DNA of 63,963 nt, filler included, from Intoshia linei (Eukaryota; Animalia; Orthonectida): NCBI GenBank assembly GCA_001642005.1. It is 7 parts of 7 records of this genome, joined end to end, with 100 filler letters (N's around TTAATTAATTAA, not from the genome) between each part and the next. Parts side by side here need not be neighbours in the genome. Positions count along the whole stretch, not along the records: positions 36,089 to 48,685 come from LWCA01001068.1; positions 48,786 to 58,131 come from LWCA01001373.1; 5 more parts are not named here. One strand, 5' to 3'. The notes under the pieces are model-generated. The model was not told the origin of the DNA. It ran no database searches and worked only from the letters and a program-made list of their open reading frames with translations. How positions within the stretch are numbered: position 1 is the first letter of the stretch; each line of letters begins with the position of its first letter. A program made the translations under genes and the position numbers. Below, one piece after another: positions 39,569 to 51,700 of the stretch.

Positions 39569-41850
39569 TGTACTGTTTAGATAAAAGAATATTTAAAATA
39601 TAAGTTCAGTATTTAAAAGAATACAATTTACTTCGATAATATAATTCTCCTATACATTTACTAAAGTTAAATTTATTTTAACTCAAGTAAAAGTTTACAA
39701 TGAATATTCCACTTCCCTTTCAAAACGATTTATAATCTTTAAATCGAATTGGAGGTTTAGTATTTTGTATTGTCAAACGAGGTTAAAATAATTAAGATTG
39801 TTTTTGTTTTTAACGTAAATTGGGCACATAATTTTCATTATAATATGACGGAGATTTTTGTATGTATAAATCATAATTTCTTTTTACTTATCATTATTTA
39901 TCTAATCATAATTATTATTTTATCTAATCATTATGATTTTTACGATATATTTCATTATTAATTGATTCAATGATAATCTATCAGTATTAAAATGATAACT
40001 TTTTGATCGAATTTTAGAAATTAAAAAAATGCAGGGCCGTACGATATGAGAAATGCAATAAAAATAACATCTTGAGTCATGATAAATGATCATTCTTACT
40101 TATATAGTAATATGCTACGCAATATTTGTTTGTGTGTGTGTTCCACTTTATTTCAATAACTACCAGTCTTAGAATTTTATAAAGTTCACATTTAAATTAC
40201 AGTTTTTTGCGGGTGTCTTAGCAAAATAAATTTCAATCTCCCAAACTCACGTCTTAATTGTCAAATTGCCAAAATGTCCTAGTTTTGAAAATCAATATTA
40301 CCATTAATGTCGCATACCAAGATGTGACATATACCTTCAATTTGGAGTATTCGTTGTTATTAATAAAATAAAATATTTCCTCCTGTCCTACTACCCTCTT
40401 TACCTTCCTACCATTCATTTCTGTCTTCGAAATCTGTTTGTCTATTCATTTCCGGTAATATCCAATATGTTCATTTGTTTCAAAAATTTGACAGATAAGT
40501 GATCCGAACCGAGTACCCCTCTAGTTTATAGTCTGTCAAGTATTCAAATTTTGTAAAAAGTACTGAAATATCGCCACAATTCGCACATCATTGCTGGTAC
40601 TGCTACTAGTACAAGCTGCTGTCATCCATTTTTATTACATTGATTTATCTTTTATTTTCTTATTAATAAATTTTAATTTGATCAAACCAATCAAACAATC
40701 AAACCTCAATTTGATGAAAGTCAACTTTTTCATTATATATATATATATATTATCAGGGAGTATTTATTCATCACATAGTAACTGTTAGGCATTACAAATA
40801 TAAAAATACATAATAAAGTGCATTATAAAACTTCAAACGGATAGAATAATAATAATAATTAAAACATCTATATAATTTTGTAATTGAAATTCATTTGTAA
40901 TTAAATTTCTTTGTATGTTACAATTTTATTTTAAATTTTGACAGTCGTATATTTTAAACAAAATCAAATTCTAACAGCGTTTTTTCTAGACCGTGACTAT
41001 GTCCATTTTTGATTTTCAGAATTTGAGTCCTTCAACTTTGTCAAACCCAATTTACTCTTAATTTTTAAAAATATAATCAGCCCAAAAATTTAATACAACA
41101 TACACTGTAGGAGGCGTTTTAAATTAATTAACATTGTCGTAAATCTCAGCCTCAGAAACGCACATCTTCAAGGTCAAAACCAAAATTATCCTATTTTTAA
41201 AATTGAATGAAAAAACAAAATCGTAAAATCCTATTTTGTCATTTTCAATGTAATAATAGATATTCAGTATTAATTCTTACTTATATAATATGCTTTGTTT
41301 GTCTATGTGTGTTATCGTATATTTCAATAATTACCAGTCATAGAATTTTATAAAGTCCACATTTCTATTACAGTTTCTTTACAAGCCTTTACACAAATGT
41401 TACAAAAATAAAATTAAGATGGAATAATTCACTTCAAATTAAAATTTAATGTGATATTAAGGCTCCTCGTGAAACAAGTTTGAAAACCACGCCTCTAATG
41501 GATTGTTCATAATTAATAGTAGCATTTTTAAGACATTAATTGTCAATAATATAAACGCATTGTCCAATTGAGGTTTGATTATACATATTATTAAAATGGA
41601 AATCATTATTATATAATAATTAAATATAAAATACACACTTAATAAGGGTATGTCATAAAGGAAATTGTCACTAAATAAATTTTTAACGAAATATAATTTT
41701 ATTGTTTCAAAATAATACCTTCTTTTCGTGTTTTATCATTGGTACGCAATTTCTGATTTTCTAATACAAATTACGTTTCCATAAAAAAATAAATGATCAA
41801 ATATGATTTGATCAATTTTAGTTTATTGGTGTTAGATTTAAGGTTTAGAT

Positions 41851-42562
41851 CAGTGCTTCTCAAACTTTTTCGAGAATTCACCCCCTGTGACACATATTTT
41901 TGTTCTATTCACCCCCAATAAAACAATTATTATGACACGTCATAATTGTGTAGGAATACACAATTTGCACTTATAAAATGTACTAAATTAATTAAATTTG
42001 AGTACACATGATATCTTCACGTGATCACATTATTTTAAATTTTCATTGTTTGTTTCAGGAATCATAAATAATGCATGGTATTTTCAATATTTTCATGAGA
42101 GTAAACATGTCTGTAAACAAATCTACGTTGTAGATACCACTATAATTCAGAAATAAAAAAATTTGATTTTGAAATTTGGTTAAACTGAATGTATAAAGGC
42201 GTTAAGTCAATTTTTTACACGAAACATCTAAATTTGGTCTTTTCTTTTGGAATCAAATAGAGAGATTTCTATATAAAATTTTGATAAAATTGGATTTTTC
42301 ACAAAAATATTGGTAAAAGGGGATTATTTCCTTAAGGGTTGGTAAAATTGGGTTTTTTATTTTGGGATCTGATAGATGGATTTTTTCTTAAAGGGTTGGT
42401 AAAATTTTAGTTTTTTCACATATTTGACTAAATTGAATAAAATATGTTAAAAATTTATCATTCACCCCTATTCACCCACAATCATCTAAAATTTTAGTAT
42501 TCACCCCCTCATAAAAATATTCACCCCTTAAGGGTGCACAGTCACCCCCATGAGAAGCACTG
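41851..42562. mobile_element. hAT (Buster-type) MITE; a second copy starts at 63895
   Basis: TIRs CAGTGCTTCTCA...TGAGAAGCACTG, TSD-like GTTTAGAT/GCCTAGAT with central TA, and subterminal TTCACCCC repeats. Confidence 0.85.
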
Positions 42563-42627
42563 GCCTAGATGTTTATCTAAGATTTTGTATTAACACCTTA
42601 GATCAAGGGTGGCCAACCTATAGTACA

Positions 42628-42960
42628 TGTAATGATATACCGTCTAAGTTAGAGTAAGAGCTAGTACGGAACAATAATTTCATTATAACTAATTTGTACA
42701 GTGGTAAAGATGATTCGATTGATAATTATCAATCAAATCTATTATAATTATAATATTATTATATATTATAATAGATTAAGTAAGTAGAGTTCAGATTATT
42801 ATGTTTAAGTTAATAATTGTGGTTATTGTTTTGGAAGATTGAATTGTATTTAATGTTACACCTCCCCATCAAGATAATCATCATTTAAATAGTCAGATCT
42901 CGTGGTATATCTTTTTCTATATGGATTTTGTTGTTTAAACAATTTCTGGTCACTTTTACT
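42628..42960 (-). mobile_element. 3' LTR (42628-42860) with PPT and pol-tail remnant of an LTR retrotransposon
   Basis: Termini TGTAA...TTACA. On the minus strand it is preceded by GATGGGGAGG and a YRKRYTTRSDYLNDDY-like tail. Confidence 0.6.
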
Positions 42961-43539
42961 TATTATTATTACTTTTATTTTTACTTGAACTATTTAAATG
43001 TTTGACATTTAGCTTATAAGCTTTAGTATGATTTCATGTAAAAAAACAATCATAGTGTCTAAGCCTTAGACACTAAGGGTTAACATGTGTTATTACAATT
43101 AAAAATCTAATAATTTATTTTACAAATTTTTAAGTATATATCATACATTTTGGTGAAGCAAATATAATATATTCCAATTGATAGATTAATATTAATGAAT
43201 GGTGTTCATTCGGATCAGTGAAAATAAATCGTGTTTAGTTATTTATTTTCGTTTTTGAGAAATTGCAAACACAGCTAAAAATATAACTAAGAGTATAATT
43301 CCTGCTATCAATAATATAAGTGGCGTAGAATTTGCCATTTTTAATGGTCTGTGCAATTGACTAATCATTAAATTAGCGAGTTCGTGATCTATACATGCAC
43401 TCTAAATACAAATAAACTTGTAATTATGACTATGTAATTATAAAAAATACCTCATTTACATAAAATAAGGGAAACAGGTAATTACTGAGCATAGATAGGT
43501 TCGTATTTCCGCTATTGAAAATTATAATATATGATGGAA

Positions 43540-43793
43540 TTAAATGATTTTAAAATCCGTATCAGATTATATATTTTTTTATTTTCTCGAACGTCTTGAT
43601 TTTCAAAAAAAAACAATTTGGCTTTTTGACCCGTAAGATATGAGTTTTGGAGGTTAAAATTTATTTTGCTAACACCCCCGGATTAAACGGTAATTGAAAT
43701 GTGGACTTTATATAATTCTAAGACTGGTAGTTATTGAAATAAACGGAATACACACACAAACAAATATTGCATAGCATATTATATAAGTAAGGA
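43540..43793 (-). mobile_element. Helitron-like family 5' fragment (others near 33310, 35740, 40094, 41275, 47445, 58030, 60790-61530; 3' ends near 6260, 56330, 58900)
   Basis: TCCTTACTTATATAATATGCTATGCAATATTTGTTTGTGTGT motif. Confidence 0.75.
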
Positions 43794-44503
43794 TAAATTC
43801 TGGAATTTTTTTTAAATTCATAAGCATCATCAATGGTAACCTCAAAAAATTTCAATGTATAAAATTGGAATTTTAAAAAATTTAGGAATCATCGCATCAC
43901 TAGTTACACTAATATTGGTGGTAATTACAGGGTTAAGGTATATTAACTCTTTGAGGTTCCCTTCGCACGAGTGAGTGAATGAATATTATCGACGAATCTG
44001 AATACCACAAAAGCCTGTGCAATAGTTAATTATAATTATAGTAAACAATCTATAATGTATTGGCTTCCAATTTTTTATGTAATTTAGCCTTAATACTTTA
44101 AAGTACCTATAAAGTATACACTAGTGCAAAAATAACATGTGGTGTAATAAATGCAATGCGATTCCACATAGCTTGTTTTAAATTTTACAACAAATCTCAT
44201 TTTAAAATATCCAATATTCCAGAAAGGGTTAATGTGTTAAAATGACAAAATATATATATTCGTATCTAACTTAAAATTTAAATTAAATTGATCCAATTAT
44301 AAGTTTCCTAGTTTGAATTTAAAATTATTTAGTCATCTTGTGAAATTTATAACATTTTTGATTCAAATCAGTACTTGCGTAATTTGAGTCGTTCTTATAG
44401 TGTCCAAAATTATAAAAAAAACTTAATGTAACATATATTAAAATAATCAGCTAATTTTTGTGATTATAACAATGTTCATATTTTTATAATTATATATTTA
44501 AAA

Positions 44504-44640
44504 CAGCGGGTCTCAAATAGGGTACTGGTACCTAGTGGTACAATAAATTATTTTGGGGTACCATTTCGTCTCATCCTATTACTCACACTTTATTTTTTTA
44601 GTTTAGGGGTACCAACTACAAATTATGTTAAAAACCGCTG
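44504..44640. mobile_element. Small hAT-like MITE
   Basis: Ends CAGCGG...CCGCTG with internal GGGGTACC repeats; TSD degenerate. Confidence 0.5.
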
Positions 44641-44898
44641 ATTCTAATGTATAGATTCTAAAACATATGATATTTTAATTAGTAATTTTATTATTCTATT
44701 AATTTTTAACCACAATATAACATAGTCACATGTTTTACATGTCAAATAAAGTTTTTATTACATTTTTTAATAATTAAAGCGATGAGTGACCTTGATAATT
44801 ACATTCTCACGAAACATTTAAACAAGAATGAAACCAATAATTATAATGGATGGACATGATTCAATCGATTATAATAAATTCTTTTCATGTGTGGAATA

Positions 44899-45877
44899 CA
44901 GTGCGCGTCACTTTAATAGAGACAAAATGTTAAGTGGATTAACTGTAATTTAATCGACTTTTAAAATATAAAAATGATATAGAAAGTGTAAATTAGCGAT
45001 TGATGAATATCCTTGAAAATTTATTTATTAATTGGCTAATTCGAATTTAATGAAAATTAAGAAAAATGAAAATAAGTCTATTTTTATTGCGACACTTGAA
45101 TAGGGACAAAAATAAAAACAGTTAATAAGTATACAAATATTTAATTTTACAAACTGAAATTTAAATGGATGGTTAAGGCCAACAATGTAGTTCATTAAAA
45201 TTGTTAATTAAGAAAATCTTTAATATGGTATTTTTTTCCCCATTGGATTTTGATAGTTCAAACATTCTGTTAGGCATACAGTTCACTACTCTTTGAAAAA
45301 CATTTCATTCCATACAGAAATAATACCTATTTTCAGCTCTTGTATGGAATCATATTGTTTTCCATTTTTATAAACCTGACGTGCAAGAATGCCCCATATA
45401 TTCTCTATAGGGTATATATATAAATAATATAAAAACTATAGAACCAATATGTTTAAGATTCGATTTATTTAACATTTTTATGTATTCACTTGAATTTAAA
45501 CGTCCATTAATTACTTTTAAATTTAGCTTTCCGTTATAACCGAACGCGCCCCATCCCATTATTGAACCGCCTCCATGTTCACGAAACAAAAACAATGAAT
45601 CATCCTTTTTAATATCATGCCAATAATACTGCAATAAATCAGGACCATCCAGATTAAATTTCTTTTCATCGATAAAGATGACATTTCGCCGATCCTCTCG
45701 CCATATGTGATATTTTTTAGCAAAATCTAATCGGCACACTTTATGGCGTTTTAGTAACCTAGAGGAAACTTTTTTTTTGGTAAATTCTACCATTTTTTTA
45801 AATTTATTTTAACTTAATCTATTTTATTTCTTGTAGTCTAAAAAAACTTTTTGTCCCTATTCAATTGTCGCGCACTG
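44899..45877 (-). mobile_element. Internally deleted Tc1/Tc3-like element with TIRs and TA TSD
   Basis: TA|CAGTGCGCG...CGCGCACTG|TA. Transposase motifs FIDEKKFNLDGPD, GGGSIMGWGAF and PIENIWG. Inner repeat of the TIR core at about 45089. Confidence 0.9.
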
Positions 45878-46008
45878 TATATCTAACTGGGTCTAGTAAA
45901 TTAATCTGTAAAACTAATGCCTTTTGTAATACCTATAGTATTTTATATGAAAAGCTGATTTAAAAACAAAATATCAACTTACATATAATGAAAGTTTAAC
46001 TGACTTTG

Positions 46009-47200
46009 TCTAAAATTTGTTGTACAGTGTTATAGAACTGCTTCGTGTTTTCGCAGTTTTTTCGAAACTCTGAGATGGAAACGAAAGGCTTAAATATAAA
46101 AAAAATTATACACGTATTCCATAATATATGTGTCACGAATCATTATATTAGTCTGAAGCATTTTTCGAGCACAAATGACTTTTCCAGAAACCTAAATATA
46201 TAAAATATAAAATATCAAATAAAATAAATATCTATAAAAACAGCCATTCCTTTAATTAAAATTTAAACCATTACATTTATCTATCACAATTTGTGTGTAA
46301 GATAATTATATTATAATTAATTATAAACTTCATTTCACTATTTAATTCAGTTAGTAACCAGAATCTGGTAACAAATAATTTTGGTTACGAAACGCATCAT
46401 AAAAATTTTCTAAGTGAAATTCAAGTTTAGGAATGTTTCTTTAAGTGATTATTAATCATGAGTCACATTTTTATTAAAATTTTATTATTGAATTTATTTT
46501 TTTGGTAGTATTTGATAAGTCCACCCTCAGCAGTACTAATAGTAGGCTGTGTAGTTAGTCCTTATTATATAAAATCATAAATATAAATTTAAAAAAAATA
46601 TATCTTCACAAACAAAACTCCAAATAACCTTTATTTTGTAAATGAAACAGCCCTAGAATTTATAAAAAATTACAAGTGGTAAAGTTGTATCCGGTACACA
46701 CACCAAAAACTCACATTAAAGCTATTTTAAAATAAAATTAACCGGTTCAATTTCGAGCCATGTTCCATGATTTAATTTATTAGCTTTTTCTAATCCTTTT
46801 ACGCCATCAGCAAAACTTTCAGCTCCCAAAAAATTAACGCCAGTCATAACAATTTCACTATCTAAATTATTTAAGATATTAAAACACATTTGAGTCATTC
46901 TTACTCTTGCAACCCATCATATTTATGACACCTTCACCTAGGCAACATTTTTTTAGAGTGTTTACATCATCACCTATCCCAATAATACAATCTTTCATAC
47001 AAAACCCTCTGCTCGGCGGGTATTTATCAGGCATATATTTTAGTTTAGGATCTCCAATCTAAATATTTTAAAATAGATAGCGTTCATTTTATAACTAGAA
47101 TTTTCCTAACACCCCTTCATACATTTATGTCGAAATTTAAAATTGGTCTTAAAATCTTGATGCAAACAAGTGTTTCAATTTTACAGATTTTTTCATTACC
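46009..47200 (-). CDS. Probable multi-exon gene of unknown function, missed by the ORF track. Candidate exons approx 47200-47123, 47058-46905, 46861-46743, 46438-46357, 46191-46114, 46089-46009
   Basis: Open exons with short GT-AG introns: IGDPKLKYMPDKYPPSRGFCMKDCIIGIG...SEIVMTGVNFLGAESFADG...LEIEP; NIPKLEFHLENFYDAFRNQNYLLPDS; VSGKVICARKMLQ; PFVSISEFRKNCEN. Some phases are unresolved. Confidence 0.55.
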
Positions 47201-47813
47201 GCTAATTTACCGAATAAAATTACACATACAATTTTTAATCATAAATACACAATAAAAATTTTCACCAATAAATCCGAATCAAAAATAAACAATTTGAATT
47301 TGTCGAAATAATAAAGAATGTTTATTTATTCAGTCTTTCAGGTGCAAAATCGTATTTTTTTCAAAAAATATAGTTGCCATTTGAGTAAAATGCATAGTAC
47401 ACTCCGTCTAATAATTATAACCACACTATCATTTTGTTAATCGTTACTTATATATGCTACGCAATATTTGTTTGTGTGTGTGTTCCCGTTAATTTCAATA
47501 ACTACCAGTCTTATAATATTATAAAGTCCACATTTCAATTACAGTTTTTTCGAGTGTTAGCAAAATAAATTTCAACCTACCAAACTCACATCTTAATGGT
47601 CAAAAACCCCAATTGTCCTTTTTTTTGAAAATCAAACGAGTTGGAGAATTTAAAAAGATAAATACTCTGATACGGATTTTAAAATCATAAATTTAAATTT
47701 TAAAAAAAATTTATCTTTAGGGCCAAAACCCCAAATTACACTTTTTCATTTATCATTATCATTTTTATATTTATTACAATCATTTGCAATATTGGTAAAA
47801 TTCGACTGAAATA

Positions 47814-48685
47814 CAGTCTGTTTCATAATTACGTCAACACTAAAAAGTTTTCAATCTAAATTCATTTATAATTTAATAAAATGTAACTAAATTAATGTAA
47901 TTATTACATTAATAATTGTAATTATAATGTAAATGTAAATAGTTTTCGAATATTAATAAAATGAAACTTTGCGTTTGCAATGATGTATAATAATTGATTA
48001 TTAATTAAGTTATTTAAAAATTTCATGTAAATTTAAAATTAAATATTGAAAAATGTTTAACAATCGATTCATAAATATGTCAACACTTATCAAAACATAG
48101 TCTAAAACGTTTATTATCAAATAATTAGTAATTTGTATGATTTCCATTTGACAAATGGCAATTCTTGATACGATTCGGCATACTTAAATATAATTTTTTT
48201 ATAAAATGTGGCGTTACAATGATTGACCATTCCCTTGTTATAATATCGCTAAGTTCAGCTACTGTATTTACTTTTTGGCATATTTCGTTTATTTTTGCCT
48301 TGAGCCTGGGCCATACGTGTTCTATGATGTTAACATCAGGGGTGTTTGGGGGCCAATTCATTAATTGTATACCGTTTTCTTGCATCCAATCAATTATCTA
48401 ATAAAAACTATATAATAAACAATTTCTTTAAGGTAATTATAATAAGTATTCATATAATATACCAAGCGAGCTTTATGGCAAGGAGCATTGTCTTGTTGAA
48501 ATTTTGGATTAGTAAATTCACCAACTTTTAAAAATGGTTTTAGAGACTCATTGAGGATGTTTCTATATCCTATAGAATTTAATCTTCCGGATACTATTTT
48601 TACTCGACTTCCTTTTTCCATTGAGATACACCCCCAAATCATTACCGTTGTTGAGAATCGGTTATTCTCACGAACAGCGAAGTCC
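47814..48685 (-). mobile_element. Tc1 DD34E element (IR-DR type end) with an intron-containing transposase; truncated by a gap
   Basis: VMIWGCIS, FQQDNAPCH and WPPNTPDVNIIEHVW; intron 48462-48398. End TA|CAGTCTGTTTCATAATTACGTCAACAC with an inner direct repeat at about 48066. Confidence 0.9.
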
Positions 48686-48785
48686 NNNNNNNNNNNNNNN
48701 NNNNNNNNNNNNNNNNNNNNNNNNNNNNNTTAATTAATTAANNNNNNNNNNNNNNNNNNNNNNNNNNNNNNNNNNNNNNNNNNNN

Positions 48786-51700
48786 TAATTTGAACGTTAT
48801 AATTGAGTATAGTTTCGTTTTTATTAGGTAAATCAATAGTAGAAATCTGATGAATATACTTTGATAAATTATCTCGAGAAGAAAGATTTGAATCACCAGT
48901 AAAAGACCACATAATTGAGTATATAACCTTCTGACCAATAAACCTTTCAATTTCTTGATTTGTCAAAGAAAAGTTGTCGCCATAATTAAAATCAAAAACT
49001 TCCTGAATAGCAATATTTAAAAAACTAAGGAAGTTGAATATAGACCGGAAAACACAAAACTCCATAACATGAACTACGTCTCGAATAAATTCAAGGCATT
49101 TTAAAACGATAGCTTCAGATTTAAAAAACCTTACTAAAACTACATTTGCAATATATTGTTGAGTTTCCAGTTGTTTTTTAGATAGAGTGTCAATAGCTGT
49201 GGATGGAGTATTTAAGTATTTTTGGGAATATGAATCGAGTTGAATCACTTGCTTATTTAGTTTTATGAGGTAGGAATTCAAAATCATTTGAGGCGTTACA
49301 GTATCCTTACCAAACCAAATCATTCCACATCGACTAATTGTAGCATGAGTTGCATACTTTAAATTTTCTACTTCAAAAAATATTTTTACATTATTTGGAA
49401 TATGTAACCTTTCACCATTCGGTAACGTTAAAATTTTATTGTCATCCAAAACTGAGTTTAAATTTTCCACCCATTCTGGGTCTACATCTCCATCAAAAAC
49501 TATCCAAATTCTTTTACTCTGTTCACCCCGTGAGTTTTCTAAAATTTTTCTAATGTGATGCGTAAATATTCCATCTGTCCACTCTCTAGTATTAATATCC
49601 AGTTTACCGAACAGCGAACTTTTATTTAGAGCCTTCGGGTTAATTATATAATAAATGTGTTTAATTTTTTCAATTCTACTTAAAGCTTCTAATAATATTT
49701 TCCACGACATTGTTTTTCCGGTAGCCGTTGAGCCTACAAGAATAATGCCATGATGGTTGAGACTGATTTGATAAATTTGCATTACTTTGACTGCCCATTC
49801 TCCAAATGCCTCATTTTGACGCCATTCCAAGAACCACTCTTCAGCCAATGTTGTGCATTCTCTAGCCAATTCTTTATTTTCATAACTAGGAATTTCACAC
49901 TCTGCAAAAACAATTGATAATATTTCCTTCAAATTCTTAACATCTTCAACAATGAGTTTAGGCAAAACAGTTTGATTAATACTCTTTAGAATGACTTGAT
50001 AATTATTTTCTTCAAATTCCTGACTTTGAGACATTTGTCGTTTCATTTTACCTGCCGCAACGATAACACTCTTCATAGACCTTAAACCAAAATCGTAATG
50101 TTTTTGATTAGTCAATTGCTCTGAACATAATTCGAAAAACATGACAATTCTTTCAGAAATATTCTCGGCTTCTTTAAATCCACGCGTAAACAACATAACC
50201 TGATTTATCCTTTTTTTATCCGGATGATTCATAGAAAATGACCTAAAAAGTTGAACAAGGTTATCTGGCAAACTCGAGCGACCACTATATCCTGGATTCA
50301 TGGTAATAAAAATGGCGATTGAAGGGTTAACTTTAATAGTATTTCCAAGAAGCATTATATTATTTTTGGTTTTATCAGTTTCCATCAATTTGAGACAATT
50401 TTGAATAGTCTGTATTTGCTGAGAAACTGCGGATAACATGCGTTCTTCCAATCTATTAAATTCGTCAAAACAACCCCATGCACCAACTTGACACAATCCA
50501 ATAAATAATCTTCCCATGGCTTGAAAATCAAAATTTTCATCACAGTTGAAAACCAACACAAATTTTCCCAAATCAGACCCTAACGATTTGATAGTTTCAG
50601 TTTTACCAGTCCCAGCGGGTCCAAAAGGAGAACCTCCAAATCCATATTTCAAAGCTTGAGTCATAACCAAATAACAATCGTCTGTTAAAGAAGTTTGGAC
50701 CAATTTTTCTTCTACGCCAAGGTATTCGTATCCATAATTTAAAACGGAATCAGCAATACAAATTTTTAACAAGTCATTAGACTCTGCTGATTTCTCTTTA
50801 AAATTGTAATAATAGCGCAACTGTCTTATCCAATAAAAATTTTCTTTATAATTATCCTCCTTTTTCGCATAAATTGAGATTAGAGATAAAACCGTGTCCC
50901 TTTCCTTGACAAATTCGTTGGTTAAACTTTCCATTTTCTTGAGACGTAGAGGGTTCAATTCAGAAAACATTTTTTCGGATAGAAATTCTGTAAAATTTTC
51001 AATTTTTTTTTCATAAACATTCAGGTTTTTAATAATATCCTCGTCTGTATCGCGATATAAACAAATTTCCACATTATGGGCCCAATAAATTTTTTGACAT
51101 AATAAAATAATTTGCGACAATGTTTCGTCCAAAAATGTCAAAAAATGTGTTTTATTTGGATCGGATTCAATATAAGAAAAATATTTTTCTGCGGCAATAA
51201 CGCCATTAGACAATTTGCATTTTAACGAAAATTTAATTTCATTTTCAATCTTTCGAAGCCACTGACAAACGCTTTCCTTGGGATTAATATTGATTGTCTT
51301 TTCAAATATAAACCTTTCATGTTCTTTTGATTCTATTCCCAAAATTACGACACTTTCTCCTATGTTGATTATTACACGTTCTATATTTGCAAACATTTTT
51401 GAAAAGTGTTTTTGGATTGAATTTATAGATTTACTATTACCAATAAGTTCCAAAAGATCATCATCACCAATGAAATAAAATCTAGCAAAACTTCGACGTT
51501 GTTGTTCTAGAAAATCACCGAGACTTTTTTTTATTTTTACCAGTAAATCAAAAAGACGATTCAACTGACGTTCAATGTTTGGAATTTTAATAATTTCCAA
51601 AATCAATGTTGATCGGGCCACTTTGTGCATTATACCTAAAAATTCTTGATTAACACTTTGGAACAATGACGTTTCCGATGGCAATAATTGTTTAATTTCC

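Noticed and set aside
42290-42420. ~30-bp regularly spaced repeats (also at 4560-4650 and 9330-9490) as a CRISPR-like array
   Set aside because: They are degenerate tandem subrepeats inside transposons, with no unique spacers or cas genes, in a eukaryotic context.
46743-46861. IVMTGVNFLGA as the missing dynein C-terminal motif (FGVTGLKLQGA)
   Set aside because: The resemblance is only superficial and the flanking exons do not match dynein.
49712-49735. DYNC1H1 AAA2 P-loop GSTATGKT differs from the usual GPSGSGKS
   Set aside because: It still fits GxxxxGK[ST] and is consistent with general fast evolution.
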